DNA of 63,776 nt, counting the filler, from an uncultured Synergistales bacterium (GTDB taxonomy: Bacteria > Synergistota > Synergistia > Synergistales > Aminobacteriaceae), in the NCBI GenBank assembly GCA_937897575.1. It is 6 parts of 6 records of this genome, joined end to end, with 100 filler letters (N's around TTAATTAATTAA, not from the genome) between each part and the next. Parts side by side here need not be neighbours in the genome. Positions count along the whole stretch, not along the records: positions 1 to 10,739 come from CALCQG010000063.1; 5 more parts are not named here. One strand, 5' to 3'. Position 1 is the first letter of the stretch; each line of letters starts with the position of its first letter. Positions 1 through 10,619 of the stretch are shown here, one piece after another. The notes under the pieces are model-generated. The model saw nothing but the letters and a program-made list of their open reading frames with translations. It was not told where the DNA came from and did not search any database. The translations under genes were made by a program, and so were the position numbers.

Positions 1-313
1 CGTTGCCCACCAGCAGGTGGATGCCGAGCGCTCTGGCCTCGTCGCGGCCGAGGCTCTGGACCCAGCACCCGCAGACGGCGATCAGGGCGCCGGGCGACTG
101 GCGCTTCAGCCGCCGGACCGCCTGGCGGCATTTCTTGTCCGCCGTGGCGGTGACGGTGCAGCTCACGACCACGGCGACGTCGAAGGGCGGGGCCGACACG
201 ATCTCCGCCCCGCGGGCGGCGAGAGCGCCCGCCAGAGCCTCGGCCTCGTAGAGGTTCGTCCGGCACCCGAGGGTGAAAAGACGGACCCGCCTACCCTCCA
301 GCGGCGTCGTCAT
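1..313 (-). CDS. mtaB: tRNA methylthiotransferase MtaB-like (5' part; runs off window)
   Basis: Manual translation from ATG 313: MTTPLEGRRVRLFTLGCRTNLYEAE...SCTVTATADKKCRQ...CGCW, the UPF0004 N-terminal motif; follows prmA as in typical dnaK operons. Not in the ORF track. Confidence 0.85.
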   Translation of the reverse strand, partial: MTTPLEGRRVRLFTLGCRTNLYEAEALAGALAARGAEIVSAPPFDVAVVVSCTVTATADKKCRQAVRRLKRQSPGALIAVCGCWVQSLGRDEARALGIHLLVGN

Positions 314-1184
314 ACCTCGTCACCGCCACACCCCACCAGTCGCCCGCCGTTCGTTCGTCCACCGCGGAGAGGCCGTTCTCGGCGAGGGCCGAGAGGAAGA
401 CCTCCCGCTCCCTGGCCAGAAGACCTGAGAAGATGGCCCTTCCTCCGGGCGCCAGGGCGGCACCCACGAAGGGCAGCATGGCGAGCAGTGGGTCGATGAC
501 GATGTTGGCCGTGAGGATGTCCACGGGGCCCTCGAAACCGTCGAGCAGGTTCCCCTCCCACAGGTCCACGGCCTCCTCGGTGAGGTCGTTCAGCCCCAGG
601 TTGTGCCGGACCTCCGACAGGACCGCCGGGTCCACGTCCCGGGCGTGGACGTGCCTCGCTCCGAGCTTCATCGCCGCGATGGCCAGAATACCCGAGCCCG
701 TCCCGATGTCCGCCGCCGTCGCTCCGGGGCGGACGGCCTCCTCGAGGAGGGCCAGAACGATCTGGGTGCTCTCGTGGTACCCCGTCCCGAAGGCCGACCC
801 CGGGTAGATGTAGAGGGGAATCCGCCCCTCGGGCTCCGTCCCCCGGTGCCAGGGGGCCAGGACGACGAGCCCCTTCCCCACGGGCAGCGGAGGGAAGGCC
901 TCCTTCCAGTCCGTGTGCCACCGCCGGTTCTCTATCTTGCCCATGTCGGCGATGCGGACGTCCTCCCAGGGGGTCAGGGCCTCGCTCAGCCGCTCGAGCC
1001 AGTAGCCCAGATCCTGGGAACTTCTGTAGTAGGCGCGCAGGCGCACCCTCGTCCCGTCGGTGCGCTCCTCGGACCCGATGCTGCCCGACAGGTCGGCCAG
1101 GGACGCGAGCACCTCCTCGCGTCCGGCCTGCCCCTCGAGAATGATGTACCACCAAAATCCGTCCATTCCATCGGCCATGGCCAT
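291..1184 (-). CDS. prmA: Ribosomal protein L11 methyltransferase
   Basis: PGSAFGTGYHESTQ and DIGTGSGILAI motifs; downstream of dnaJ. Confidence 0.95.
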   Translation of the reverse strand: MAMADGMDGFWWYIILEGQAGREEVLASLADLSGSIGSEERTDGTRVRLRAYYRSSQDLGYWLERLSEALTPWEDVRIADMGKIENRRWHTDWKEAFPPLPVGKGLVVLAPWHRGTEPEGRIPLYIYPGSAFGTGYHESTQIVLALLEEAVRPGATAADIGTGSGILAIAAMKLGARHVHARDVDPAVLSEVRHNLGLNDLTEEAVDLWEGNLLDGFEGPVDILTANIVIDPLLAMLPFVGAALAPGGRAIFSGLLAREREVFLSALAENGLSAVDERTAGDWWGVAVTRYDDAAGG

Positions 1185-1290
1185 GCCTCCTCCGGGAAAA
1201 TAGGGAACGGGAGGCCTTCGCCTCCCGAACGGTTCGACCCTATAGACAGTGTACCACAGAACGACGCCCCGCTTCCGCGTGAAGGAGGGG

Positions 1291-2427
1291 TCAGTCGAAT
1301 ATCTCCTTCACCTTCTCCTTCATCTTGTCGAAGAAACCCGCCTCGCCGACCTCCACCTTCATCTCCCCCGCGAGCTCCTCCAGGAGGGACCGCTCTTTCT
1401 CAGAGAGCCGCGTGGGGACGTCCACGGTGATGTGCACGTGCAGGTCGCCCGTCCCCCGGCCGCCCCGGAGCCTCGGCAGGCCGTGCCCCTTCAGCAGCAG
1501 GACCTTGCCCGGCTGGGTGCCCGACGGGATGTCCAGGGCCTCCTTTTCGCCCGTGAGGGTCTCCACCTCCACGGAGCCGCCGAGGGCCGCCTGGGGGAAG
1601 GAGATGGGCAGGCGCACGTGGAGCTCGCCCCCGTCCCGCTTGAACCTTGGGTGGGCCTTCACCGACATGGCGATGTAGAGGTCCCCGGGGGGGCCGCCGT
1701 TGATGCCCGCCTCACCCTCGCCCGATATTCGGAGTCTGGTGCCCGAGTCCACGCCGGCGGGGATCTTCACCTCCACCTTCCGCTCCCGCCGTACCCGCCC
1801 CTGGCCGGCGCAGGAGGAGCACCGCTCCCGGATGAACTTGCCCGTTCCACCGCAGTGGGGGCAGGTGTTCACCGAGACGAACTGTCCGAAGGGCGTCTGT
1901 TGGCGCATCTCGACCTGGCCGCGCCCGCCGCAGGAGGAGCAGGTCTCGGGCGACGTCCCCTGCTTCGCGCCGGAGCCGTGGCACTCGTCGCAGCGCTCCA
2001 TCCTCGGGACGAAGAACTCCTTCGTGGTCCCCGTGGCCGCCTCGAGGAGGGTGACCTCCGCCGCCATCTCCAGATCGGCCCCCTGGCGGGGGGCCGACGG
2101 GTTTGTCCGCCGCGCTCCGCCCGAGAAGACGCTGCCGAAGAGGTCGCCGAAGATGTCCCCCATGCCGCCGAAGCCCTCGAAGGGGCTCCCGCCGCCCATG
2201 TCGCCCACGGTGCCGAACTGGTCGTACTGCATCCGCTTCTGTTGGTCGCTGAGGACCTCATAGGCCGCGTTGATCTTCTTGAAGCGCTCCTCGGCCTCCT
2301 TGTTCCCCGGATTGGCGTCGGGGTGATGTTTGCGGACCAGAGCTCGGTAGGCCTTCTTTATCTCCGCCGCGGTGGCGTCCCGCGGGACGCCCAGCACCTC
2401 ATAGAGATCCTCGCCGCGGCCGTTCAT
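1291..2427 (-). CDS. dnaJ: Chaperone DnaJ
   Basis: J-domain HPD, G/F region, four CxxCxGxG zinc motifs. Confidence 0.98.
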   Translation of the reverse strand: MNGRGEDLYEVLGVPRDATAAEIKKAYRALVRKHHPDANPGNKEAEERFKKINAAYEVLSDQQKRMQYDQFGTVGDMGGGSPFEGFGGMGDIFGDLFGSVFSGGARRTNPSAPRQGADLEMAAEVTLLEAATGTTKEFFVPRMERCDECHGSGAKQGTSPETCSSCGGRGQVEMRQQTPFGQFVSVNTCPHCGGTGKFIRERCSSCAGQGRVRRERKVEVKIPAGVDSGTRLRISGEGEAGINGGPPGDLYIAMSVKAHPRFKRDGGELHVRLPISFPQAALGGSVEVETLTGEKEALDIPSGTQPGKVLLLKGHGLPRLRGGRGTGDLHVHITVDVPTRLSEKERSLLEELAGEMKVEVGEAGFFDKMKEKVKEIFD

Positions 2428-2440
2428 GCCCCTTCACCTC

Positions 2441-4264
2441 TCACTTCTGATCGGGCTCTGTGAACTCCGCGTCCACGGTCTCCCCCGCATCCGCCCCCGA
2501 GGACGGGCCGCCCGAAGAGGCGCCGCCCTGCTGCCCCTGCTGGGAGTACAGGCGCGTCGAGAAGTCCTGGATCGCCCGCTCGAGGGCCGACTTGGCCGAC
2601 TTCAGGGCCTCCAGGTCGTCCCCGCCCATGAGACGCCGGACCTCCTCCATCTTGCCCGTGATGTCGGCCTTCTCGTCGGCCGTCATCTTGTCGCCGTTCT
2701 CGGAGAGAAGGCGCTCCGCCGCGAAGGCGGCGCTGTCGGCCTCGTTCTTCGTCTCGGCGGCCTCCCGTTTCCGTTTGTCCTCCTCCTCGAAGCTCTCGGC
2801 ATCGGTCTTCATCCGCTCGATCTGCTCCTTCGAGAGGTTCGACGAGTGGATGGAGATGTTCTGGGCCTTGCCCGTGCCCTTGTCCTTGGCGCTCACGTTG
2901 AGGATGCCGTTTACGTCCATGTTGAAGGTGACCTCGATCTGGGGGATGCCCCGGGGCGCCGAGGGGATTCCGTCCAGGATGAACTTGCCCAGGCCCACGT
3001 TGTCCGCCGCCATGGCCCGCTCGCCCTGAAGCACGGAGATCTCCACCTGGGTCTGGTTGTTCGACGCCGTGGTGAAGACCTGGCTCTTGGACACGGGGAT
3101 GGCCGTGTTCCGCTCGATGATCTTCGTGAACACGCCGCCCAGCGTCTCGAGCCCCAGGGAGAGGGGTGTGACGTCCACGAGGACGATGTCCTTGTGGTCC
3201 CCCGACAGGATGGCCCCCTGGATGGCCGCGCCGGCGGCAACGCACTCGTCGGGGTTGATGCCCTTCGTGGGCTCCTTGCCCAGGAGCTCCCGAATCTTGC
3301 GCTGAACCATGGGCATCCTCGTCGAGCCGCCCACGAGCAGGATCTTGTCTATCTCCGCCGCGGAGAGGCCCGAGTCCTGGATGGCCCTCTGCGTCGGCCT
3401 CACCGTCTTGTCCAGCAGGTCGGCCGTCATCTCCTCGAACTTGGCGCGGGAGAGGCTCATCTCCAGGTGCTTGGGGCCCGAGGCGTTGGCCGTGATGAAG
3501 GGCAGCGAGATGGAGGTCTCGGGCATGGAGGAGAGCTCCACCTTGGCCTTCTCGGCGGCCTCCCTCAGGCGCTGGAAGGCCATCTTGTCGTTCTTCAGGT
3601 CGATGCCCTCGGACTTCCTGAACTCGTCGATCATCCAGTTCACCACGCGCATGTCCCAGTCGTCGCCGCCCAGGCGGTTGTCGCCGGCTGTGGCGAGGAC
3701 CTCGAAGACCCCCTCCCCCACGTCAAGGATCGACACGTCGAAGGTCCCGCCCCCGAGGTCGAAGACGAGGATCTTATGCTCCCCCTGCTTGTTCTCGCCG
3801 TAGGCGAGACACGCCGCCGTGGGTTCGTTGATGATCCGGAGCACCTCAAGCCCGGCAATGGCGCCGGCGTCCTTGGTGGCCTGGCGCTGGGCATCGGTGA
3901 AGTAGGCCGGGACGGTGATGACGGCCTTCGTCACGGGCTCGCCGAGGTAGTCCTCGGCGTCGCGCTTCATCTTCTGCAGGATCATGGAGGAGATCTCCTG
4001 AGGCGTGTACTTCTTCCCGTCGATATCGATCTTCAGGTCGCTCCCCATCTCGCGCTTTATGGACAGGATGGTCCGGTCGCCGTTGACGATGGCCTGGCGC
4101 TTGGCGAGCTGGCCCACGAGGCGTTCGCCCTCCTTCGTGAACGCAACCACCGACGGGGTCGTCCTGTTCCCCTCGGCGCTCGGGATGATGGTGACCGCAT
4201 CCCCCTCCTGCACGGCGATGCAGCTGTTCGTCGTGCCCAAATCGATGCCCACTACCTTAGACAT
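2441..4264 (-). CDS. dnaK: Chaperone DnaK (Hsp70)
   Basis: [27 protein letters not shown] signatures. Confidence 0.99.
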   Translation of the reverse strand: MSKVVGIDLGTTNSCIAVQEGDAVTIIPSAEGNRTTPSVVAFTKEGERLVGQLAKRQAIVNGDRTILSIKREMGSDLKIDIDGKKYTPQEISSMILQKMKRDAEDYLGEPVTKAVITVPAYFTDAQRQATKDAGAIAGLEVLRIINEPTAACLAYGENKQGEHKILVFDLGGGTFDVSILDVGEGVFEVLATAGDNRLGGDDWDMRVVNWMIDEFRKSEGIDLKNDKMAFQRLREAAEKAKVELSSMPETSISLPFITANASGPKHLEMSLSRAKFEEMTADLLDKTVRPTQRAIQDSGLSAAEIDKILLVGGSTRMPMVQRKIRELLGKEPTKGINPDECVAAGAAIQGAILSGDHKDIVLVDVTPLSLGLETLGGVFTKIIERNTAIPVSKSQVFTTASNNQTQVEISVLQGERAMAADNVGLGKFILDGIPSAPRGIPQIEVTFNMDVNGILNVSAKDKGTGKAQNISIHSSNLSKEQIERMKTDAESFEEEDKRKREAAETKNEADSAAFAAERLLSENGDKMTADEKADITGKMEEVRRLMGGDDLEALKSAKSALERAIQDFSTRLYSQQGQQGGASSGGPSSGADAGETVDAEFTEPDQK

Positions 4265-4300
4265 TCCCTCTCACCTCTATCTGAAAGTAAAAACCGGTTG

Positions 4301-4882
4301 TCAGTTTCCGGAATAGGATGCCACGCGGACCCGTGCCGGACGCAGTACCCGCTCCGCCGTCCGATACCCGGCCAGGAGCTCGTCCACAACCATGCCGTTC
4401 TGCTCCGGGTCGTTCGTCGGCACGGCGGCCACCGCCTCGTGCAACTCGGGCGAAAAGAACGACCCCACCGTGGGCACCTGCTCCACGCCGAGCCCTTCGA
4501 GCACGGCATGAAACTGTCGGCGCACCATCTCGACCCCCTCGAGGATCGACCGGCCGTCGGCATCGGCCGGGACGACGAGGGCCCGGTCCAGGTTGTCGAG
4601 CACGGGCAGGAACTCCAGCACCTTTTCCTCGCCGGCGATCCGCCGCTCCCGCTCCCGGTCGCGCTCCACCCTCTTGCGGTAGTTGTGGAAGTCCGCCCTG
4701 GCCACAGCCAGAGAGTGGGTCAGGGAGCGAACCTCCTCCTCGAGGGCCGCCATCTCCTCGGCCGTCGGGGCCTCAGGGACGGGCTCCTCCGCCGCGAACT
4801 CCTCCCGGTCCGGGGAGGAGTCCACAGCGTGGTCCTTCTGCATTTCCCCCGCGTCGCGGGGGGTGTGATCTCTCTTCTTCAT
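4301..4882 (-). CDS. grpE: Nucleotide exchange factor GrpE
   Basis: ADFHNYRKR, LPVLDNLDRA, GYRTAERVLRPARV. Confidence 0.97.
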   Translation of the reverse strand: MKKRDHTPRDAGEMQKDHAVDSSPDREEFAAEEPVPEAPTAEEMAALEEEVRSLTHSLAVARADFHNYRKRVERDRERERRIAGEEKVLEFLPVLDNLDRALVVPADADGRSILEGVEMVRRQFHAVLEGLGVEQVPTVGSFFSPELHEAVAAVPTNDPEQNGMVVDELLAGYRTAERVLRPARVRVASYSGN

Positions 4883-4903
4883 GGTTTTTCTCCTTTCGCG
4901 GGA

Positions 4904-5914
4904 CTATCGGTCGAACGAATCGCCGAGGCCTTCGGCCAGCAGTTCGAGCATGGTGATGGATCGCTCGTAGTCCATCCGTATGGGGCCGATGAGGCCGAGG
5001 ATAGCCTTCCGGCCCAGCCCGGAGGGCATCAGCAGCAGGGAGCAGTCCTTCATCTCCTGTTCGGAGATCTCGTCGCCTATGGTCACCGAGACACCGTCGG
5101 CGATGCTGTATCTGTCCACCATGTCCGCCAGCGGCTGCTCCTGTTCGAGGATGGAGAGCACGGCCTGAAACTTGTTCACGTCCTGGAAGTCAGGCAGGCT
5201 CAGAATGTGCTGGGCTCCGCCGACAAAGAGCCTTGTGTTCTTCCGGTTCAGCTGGGAGTCGATCTCGGCCACGGCGCTCCGGCATACGTCCCGTATGCGC
5301 TCCAGCCCCTCGAAGATGTAGGCCGAAAGGGTGCGGCGCACCTCGCTCCAGGGGTGCCCCGACGCCACGGTGGAGATCCTCCGCGCCAGCTCGTCCAACA
5401 CGTCCTGGGAGAGGTCGCCGGGCAGACGGATGTTCGTATGGTGGACCAAGCCGCCCTCGAGGACCACGATCAGCAGGACCATGTCACCGCCGAGGCGCAT
5501 GAAGGAGACCCTCTGGATGGTGACCTCCTCCAGGGCCGAGAGGGCCGCGACGCCGATGCAGTTCGTCGCCTTCCCGAGGAGCTGGGTCACCTGGGTCAGG
5601 AGGGACTCGATCCCCTCCCTGCGGTTTCGTATCTCGTGCATCCAGGCCTCCGCCTCCAGAGGGACGCTCCGCCGGCGCTGCATGATGGAGTCCACGTAGA
5701 GCCGGTAGGCCTTCGACGTGGGCAGCCGTCCGGAGGACGTATGCGCCTGGTAGAGGTACCTCATCTCCTCGAGGTCGGCCATCTCGTTCCGTATGGTGGC
5801 GGGGCTGTTCCCCCTCATATACTTCTTCGATATGGTCCTCGACCCTGCGGGCTCCCCGGTCCGTATGAACTCGTAGACCACGGCCAGCACGATCTCGAGC
5901 TGTCGTTCCGTCAC
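4904..5914 (-). CDS. hrcA: Heat-inducible transcription repressor HrcA
   Basis: SPATIRNEMADLE, HTSSGRLPT, GPIRMDY; GTG start at 5914 preceded by AAAGGAGG. Confidence 0.97.
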   Translation of the reverse strand: MTERQLEIVLAVVYEFIRTGEPAGSRTISKKYMRGNSPATIRNEMADLEEMRYLYQAHTSSGRLPTSKAYRLYVDSIMQRRRSVPLEAEAWMHEIRNRREGIESLLTQVTQLLGKATNCIGVAALSALEEVTIQRVSFMRLGGDMVLLIVVLEGGLVHHTNIRLPGDLSQDVLDELARRISTVASGHPWSEVRRTLSAYIFEGLERIRDVCRSAVAEIDSQLNRKNTRLFVGGAQHILSLPDFQDVNKFQAVLSILEQEQPLADMVDRYSIADGVSVTIGDEISEQEMKDCSLLLMPSGLGRKAILGLIGPIRMDYERSITMLELLAEGLGDSFDR

Positions 5915-5936
5915 GGCGTGCACCTCCTTTCGCGTG

Positions 5937-5963
5937 TTAGCACTCAGGATCATAGAGTGCCAG
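5937..5963. promoter_or_regulatory. CIRCE operator (HrcA site)
   Basis: TTAGCACTC-aggatcata-GAGTGCCAG, near-consensus with 9-nt spacer, just upstream of hrcA. Confidence 0.95.
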
Positions 5964-5980
5964 CGCCTGAACTATGATGT

Positions 5981-6009
5981 AGAGTACCAATCCATGCTAT
6001 TATTGTCAA
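5981..6009 (-). promoter_or_regulatory. Sigma70-type promoter of the hrcA-dnaK operon
   Basis: Minus strand TTGACA-17 nt-TACTCT with TG extension, upstream of CIRCE. Confidence 0.8.
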
Positions 6010-6055
6010 GACTGGTCAGACTGATTTTTTTATTTTCTCGAGAGGAGCGAGCGTC

Positions 6056-6700
6056 ATGACCGAAAAGGTCCGCACCACCATCCTCCTTGCCCGCCACGGC
6101 GAGTGCAGGGGCAACGTGGAGGGGCTCTTCCGCGGCCGGGCGGACTTCCCTTTGAACGAACGAGGCGTCCGTCAGGCCGGCGAGCTGGCCGAGGCCCTCC
6201 GCCCCTGGGAACCGGCCGTGGTGTACACGAGCCCCCTTCTCCGGGCCCGCGCCACGGCCGAGGCCATAGCCGCCGCCTGCGGCGCGGAGCTTCGCGTCGA
6301 CGAGGGGATGAACAACATGGCCCTGGGCGTCTGGGAGGGGCGGCGGAAGACGGAGGTCGCGAAAGAGCGCCCGGACCTCTGGCGCCTCTGGATGGAGAAC
6401 CCGGAAGAGCTCGTCGTCGACGGCGCCGAGACCATGAGGGACGTGATGCTCCGGTCCATGAGCTCCCTGCGGGCCATAGTGGCCGAAAACAGGGGGAAGA
6501 CCGTCGCCGCGGTGACCCACAGGACGGTGATCAAGCCGCTGATCGCCGGCTGCATCGGCATAGCGTCGCCCTACTTCTGGAAGGTTCACATGGACACGGC
6601 GGCCTACTCCGTCCTCCACCACGACGATCTGCACGGCTTCTCCCTCTTCGCCCTCAACAGGACGGAGCATCTTTCGGGCTTCGCGACGGAGTGGGAGTGA
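6056..6700 (+). CDS. Histidine phosphatase (phosphoglycerate mutase family)
   Basis: LARHGE, TSPLLRARAT, VTHR motifs. Confidence 0.9.
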   Translation: MTEKVRTTILLARHGECRGNVEGLFRGRADFPLNERGVRQAGELAEALRPWEPAVVYTSPLLRARATAEAIAAACGAELRVDEGMNNMALGVWEGRRKTEVAKERPDLWRLWMENPEELVVDGAETMRDVMLRSMSSLRAIVAENRGKTVAAVTHRTVIKPLIAGCIGIASPYFWKVHMDTAAYSVLHHDDLHGFSLFALNRTEHLSGFATEWE

Positions 6701-6803
6701 CGCCTCGTCGTCGATGCGCCCCTCCCGCCCTTGACCGGAACGCCCCTTGGCCGTACTATTGCCACGGTGACCGCGCCATTCCACAGGAAGGAGACTGTCC
6801 TCC

Positions 6804-8027
6804 ATGATGCTCTACCCTCTTCCCGCCTCATCCCGCGAGGAGATGAACGCCGCGCTTCGCCGCGTCGGGGCCGACCTTCGCTCGGCACGGTACTTCGAAC
6901 CCAAACGGGGCGTCCTCGCCCTCTTCCTTCCTCAGGCGGACTTCAGGGCCGCAGCCTACATCAAGCAAGAGCTTCTCGCCCGCGGCGGCGACGCCGTGGT
7001 GGCGCGAGGCGTCATCTCCGGCGAGGCCCGGACGAGCCCGGTGCTCCTCCTCGGGACGCCGGGGCAGCTGCGCGCCTTGCGGCAGAAGCTGGACGTCATG
7101 GACTGCTGGGGCCTCCCCGCCATCCGCGAAGGCCTGTCGCGGGCCATGGCGGGCCTCGACCGCCCGGCCTGGACCTTCCCGCTTCGGGACGGCCGGAGCC
7201 TTCGCCTCGACGGACACACCCGCATGATGGGCATCGTAAACCTCACGCCCGACTCCTTCCACTCCGGGAGCCGGATCGACCCAACCCAGGAAAGAGCTCT
7301 TCTCGACCGCGCCGAGGCCATGCTCCGCTCCGGCGTGGCGATCCTGGACCTCGGCGCCGAGTCCACCCGCCCCGGCTTCACCGCCCTCTCGGCCGACGAG
7401 GAGGCGGCGCGGCTTCTGCCCGCCGTCCGCTCCATCCGGAGGGCCTTCCCCGACGCCGTACTCTCCGTGGACACCTGGAAGGCCGACGTGGCGCGCCAGG
7501 CCGCGGCGGCGGGAGCGGACATCGTCAACGACATCTCGGGCCTCGGCTTCGACCCCGGCCTCGCCCGCGTCGTGGCCGAATCTGGGGCCGTCCTGGTCCT
7601 CTCGCACATCCAGGGGAACCTGGAGGACATCCACCGGCGCACCCCTCACTACGACGACACCGTCGGCGACATGATGACCTTTCTGGACAGGAAGCTCTCC
7701 GAGGCGGCGGACGCCGGGATCGCCGAGGATCGGATCATCCTCGACCCGGGCCTGGGGTTCGGCAAGGGGTACGAGGACAACCTGCGGGTGCTGAAGCACC
7801 TGGACGCGTTCCGGGCCTTCGGCCGCCCCCTGCTCGTCGGGCACTCCCGGAAGGGGTTCATCGGCCGGGCCACGGGCTGCGGCGGAGCGGAGGAGCGCCT
7901 CGAGGGGACCCTGGCGATCACGGCCCTCTGCGCCCTCAGAAAGGTCCCCCTTGTCCGGGTCCACGACGCCGAGGCGAATCGCCGGGTGCTCGCCACCCTG
8001 GACGCCGTGGAGGAGGTTGCAGGATGA
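6804..8027 (+). CDS. folP: Dihydropteroate synthase with N-terminal extension
   Basis: MGIVNLTPDSF, GAESTRPG, LDPGLGFGK, SRKGFIG, RVHD. Confidence 0.95.
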   Translation: MMLYPLPASSREEMNAALRRVGADLRSARYFEPKRGVLALFLPQADFRAAAYIKQELLARGGDAVVARGVISGEARTSPVLLLGTPGQLRALRQKLDVMDCWGLPAIREGLSRAMAGLDRPAWTFPLRDGRSLRLDGHTRMMGIVNLTPDSFHSGSRIDPTQERALLDRAEAMLRSGVAILDLGAESTRPGFTALSADEEAARLLPAVRSIRRAFPDAVLSVDTWKADVARQAAAAGADIVNDISGLGFDPGLARVVAESGAVLVLSHIQGNLEDIHRRTPHYDDTVGDMMTFLDRKLSEAADAGIAEDRIILDPGLGFGKGYEDNLRVLKHLDAFRAFGRPLLVGHSRKGFIGRATGCGGAEERLEGTLAITALCALRKVPLVRVHDAEANRRVLATLDAVEEVAG

Positions 8028-8518
8028 CCACCGTGGCCATCGGCCTGGGGTGCAACCTGGGCAACCGCCTGCGCACCCTCTGGGCGGCGGTGCACATCCT
8101 GCGGCAGAGAGGAATTCGCATCGCTGCCGCGAGCGACGTCTTCGAGACACCGCCCTGGGGCGTGCAGGACCAGCCCCTCTTTTTGAACGCCTGCCTCGTG
8201 GCCGAGACGGACTGTTCGCCCGAGGAGCTCCTCGCCCTCCTCAAGGAGACGGAGGAGGCCCTCGGCCGCCGGCCGGGAGAGCGCTGGGGGCCGAGGGAGA
8301 TCGACCTGGACATCCTCTTCTACGGCCAGGAGATGGTCCAGACGGAGACGCTCACCGTCCCCCACAAGGAGATGGCGAACAGAGGCTTCGTCCTCCTGCC
8401 CCTGGAGCAGATCGCCCCCACATGGCGCCATCCGGGCAACGGGTGCACCGTCCGCGAGATGGCCGAACGCCTTCCCGATTCGGAGCGCCGCCTTGTCCGC
8501 ATCTGCGCCCTTCTCTGA
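8024..8518 (+). CDS. folK: 6-hydroxymethyl-7,8-dihydropterin pyrophosphokinase
   Basis: IGLGCNLG, RWGPREIDLDIL, TVPH; ATGA overlap with folP stop. Confidence 0.95.
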   Translation: MTTVAIGLGCNLGNRLRTLWAAVHILRQRGIRIAAASDVFETPPWGVQDQPLFLNACLVAETDCSPEELLALLKETEEALGRRPGERWGPREIDLDILFYGQEMVQTETLTVPHKEMANRGFVLLPLEQIAPTWRHPGNGCTVREMAERLPDSERRLVRICALL

Positions 8519-8543
8519 ACCCCTCGTCCGTCGCAGGCGGCGG

Positions 8544-9305
8544 ATGTGTCGGACCGCGGCCCTTCTCCTGACGCTCGCCCTCCTGTGCGCCCCCTGGAGG
8601 GCAGAGGGGGCCCTGAAGATCGCCTCGCCCGCGGGATACCCCCTGGCCCTTGTCCTCGAGCACGAGCACGGACGGATTTCGGACGCCTATCTCCGGCACC
8701 CCGGCGGAGTGGAGGACATAGAGGGGCTCGACGGGCTGCTCTTCGCCGGGACCAAGAGGGTCGCCCGCCCCTTTGCCGACGGGGACCGGGAGCGGGACCT
8801 CGTCTGGTCCCTCCGCTTCAGGAACCCGGCCACGGGGGAAAACCTCCTCCTCTGGGTCACCGCCCTGAGCACCCTGTCCCAGGGGTGGCTCGACCTGGCC
8901 CCCACGGCCCCCACGGCGTGGGACACCGTTCCCTACCGCGTCTCGGTGCCGCCCGACCTGTTCCTCTCCATCTCGCCCTCCGTGCCGGGCTACGGCGACA
9001 CGCAGCCCATGGGCGGAAAGGACGTCTTCTCCTTCGTCTACGTCATGGAGCTGACGAAGGATGGGCCGACCTTCATCCTCGCCCCGGAGGTCTACCGCCA
9101 GCTCCTGCTCCTGACGAACCTTCTCCGGGCCGGCGAGCCGGACCCCGCCCTTCGGGTGCGCTACGTTGCCATGCACGACGACTATGAACGAATCGCGGGA
9201 GGACAGATGCCCTCCCGCGACGCCGTGATGAACTTTTCGTGGAAAAGGTTGCTGAGCTTCCAGTGGGGGCCCGTCAGACCCCTGCGAGTTCCTTCAGGGC
9301 CCTGA
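8544..9305 (+). CDS. Exported hypothetical protein
   Basis: Signal-peptide-like N-terminus, host-like codon usage; no recognised motif. Confidence 0.65.
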   Translation: MCRTAALLLTLALLCAPWRAEGALKIASPAGYPLALVLEHEHGRISDAYLRHPGGVEDIEGLDGLLFAGTKRVARPFADGDRERDLVWSLRFRNPATGENLLLWVTALSTLSQGWLDLAPTAPTAWDTVPYRVSVPPDLFLSISPSVPGYGDTQPMGGKDVFSFVYVMELTKDGPTFILAPEVYRQLLLLTNLLRAGEPDPALRVRYVAMHDDYERIAGGQMPSRDAVMNFSWKRLLSFQWGPVRPLRVPSGP

Positions 9306-9741
9306 GCACCTCCGCGGCGTGCCCGGCGACCTTCACCTTCGTGAAGACCCTGGCCGCCGTCCCGTCGGGCGCCACGAGGAGCGTGGACCGGACGACGCCC
9401 ATGTACTCCTTTCCGTAGAGCTTCTTCTTGGCCCAGAAGCCGCACTTCTCGATGAGCTCATGAGCCGGATCGCTCAGCAGCGGAAAGGGCACGCCCAACT
9501 TCTCGGTGAACCGGCGGTGGCTGTCCGCAGTATCGGGGCTGACTCCGGCGACGGCACACCCCGCACGGTCGAAGTCCGGGAAGAGTTCGACGAACTCCTG
9601 CACCTCCTTCGTTCAGCCCGACGTGTTGTTCTTGCTGTAAAAGAAGAGCGCAAGCCATCGGCCCTTGAAATCGGCCGGCGTGTACATCCTGCCCTCACCG
9701 TCGGAGAGCTTGAACTCCGGCAGCTTCATCCCCTTGTCCAT
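9274..9741 (-). CDS. bcp: Peroxiredoxin (BCP/PrxQ), probable selenoprotein with Sec at codon 43
   Basis: Two ORF-track pieces are in one frame: LFFYSKNNTSG-TGA(9613-9615)-TKEVQEF...GVSPD...VRSTLLV; UGA occupies the peroxidatic Cys position. Confidence 0.88.
9581..9599 (-). promoter_or_regulatory. Putative bacterial SECIS hairpin
   Basis: Minus strand AGGAGUUC-GUC-GAACUCUU stem-loop beginning 13 nt after the UGA, with G in the loop. Confidence 0.6.
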
Positions 9742-9760
9742 GGTCGTCCCTCCTCTCTCA

Positions 9761-10619
9761 TTAGGTACACATGGCCGCCATGAGGCGGCGGACCGCATCG
9801 CGGGGAGCCTCCCTCCGGAAGAGAGGCCGGTCGTCGTCCCTGTAGGCGGCGAGCCCGTCCTCGAAGGTCGGTACCCCCTCCCTCCGGTAGAGCACCCCGA
9901 GGGGGAAGGGCCCTTCCGTCAGGGCGAGGTCCATGGCCCGCCTGAAGTCCCCTTCGTCGTGCCCCTCCAGAACGTAGGTGTTCTCCCGGAACCATCGGTA
10001 CGTCTGCACATGGTTGAAGGAGACGCAGGGCTGGAATATGTCCACGAGGGCGTAGCCCCTGTGGGTCATGGCTCGCTTGATGATCTCCTTCGTGCCCTCC
10101 ACGTCCCCGGCGAAGGCCCTCGCCACGAAGGTCGCCCCCTGCACCAGGGCCGTCGCCAACGGGTTGAAGGGCGCGGAGGTCACGCCGTCCACGTGGATGG
10201 CCGTCCGGACGCCCCGAGGCGTCGTGGGAGACGCCTGCCCCTTTGTCAGGCCGTAGACCATGTTGTTGTACACCAGGTTCGTAATGTCCGGATTTCTTCG
10301 GAGGTGCTGGGTGTGGAGCCGTCGGACTCCTCGGCCGTCAGGACCACCGAGCCATCAAGGCGTCGAGCCCCGGGTTCGACGCCTTGATGGCCGTGGCGTT
10401 CGCCAGGGCCCGGCCGTGGAGGCCGTTGAAGAAGTGGGCCTTCATGTAGTGAGGGGTCTTCGCCGCCTGTCCTATCCCCGAGACCACCACCACGTCCAGG
10501 GGGGTATGCCCGAGCTCGGCGAGGGCTTTTTTCAGGGCATCGAGGATGGCGTAGTCGCCGCACCCCGGACACCAGGACAGGTCGATTCCCTCGAGGTCGA
10601 ACAGTTTCGGGTTCATCAT
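9761..10619 (-). pseudogene. 2-oxoacid:ferredoxin oxidoreductase beta subunit, internally scrambled (possibly assembly error)
   Basis: WCPGCG, SGIGQ, LHGRAL N-half and RRNPDITNLVYNNMVYGLTKGQASPT C-half; the GDG TPP motif is replaced by a palindromic segment at about 10300-10391. Confidence 0.85.

Noticed and set aside
2426..5977. 1183-aa plus-strand ORF and similar long antisense ORFs (17119-19410, 37364-39658, 47407-49431)
   Set aside because: Shadow ORFs opposite real genes, expected at high GC
6731..8518. 595-aa apparent FolK fusion
   Set aside because: Alternate-frame run-in over folP; real folK starts at 8024
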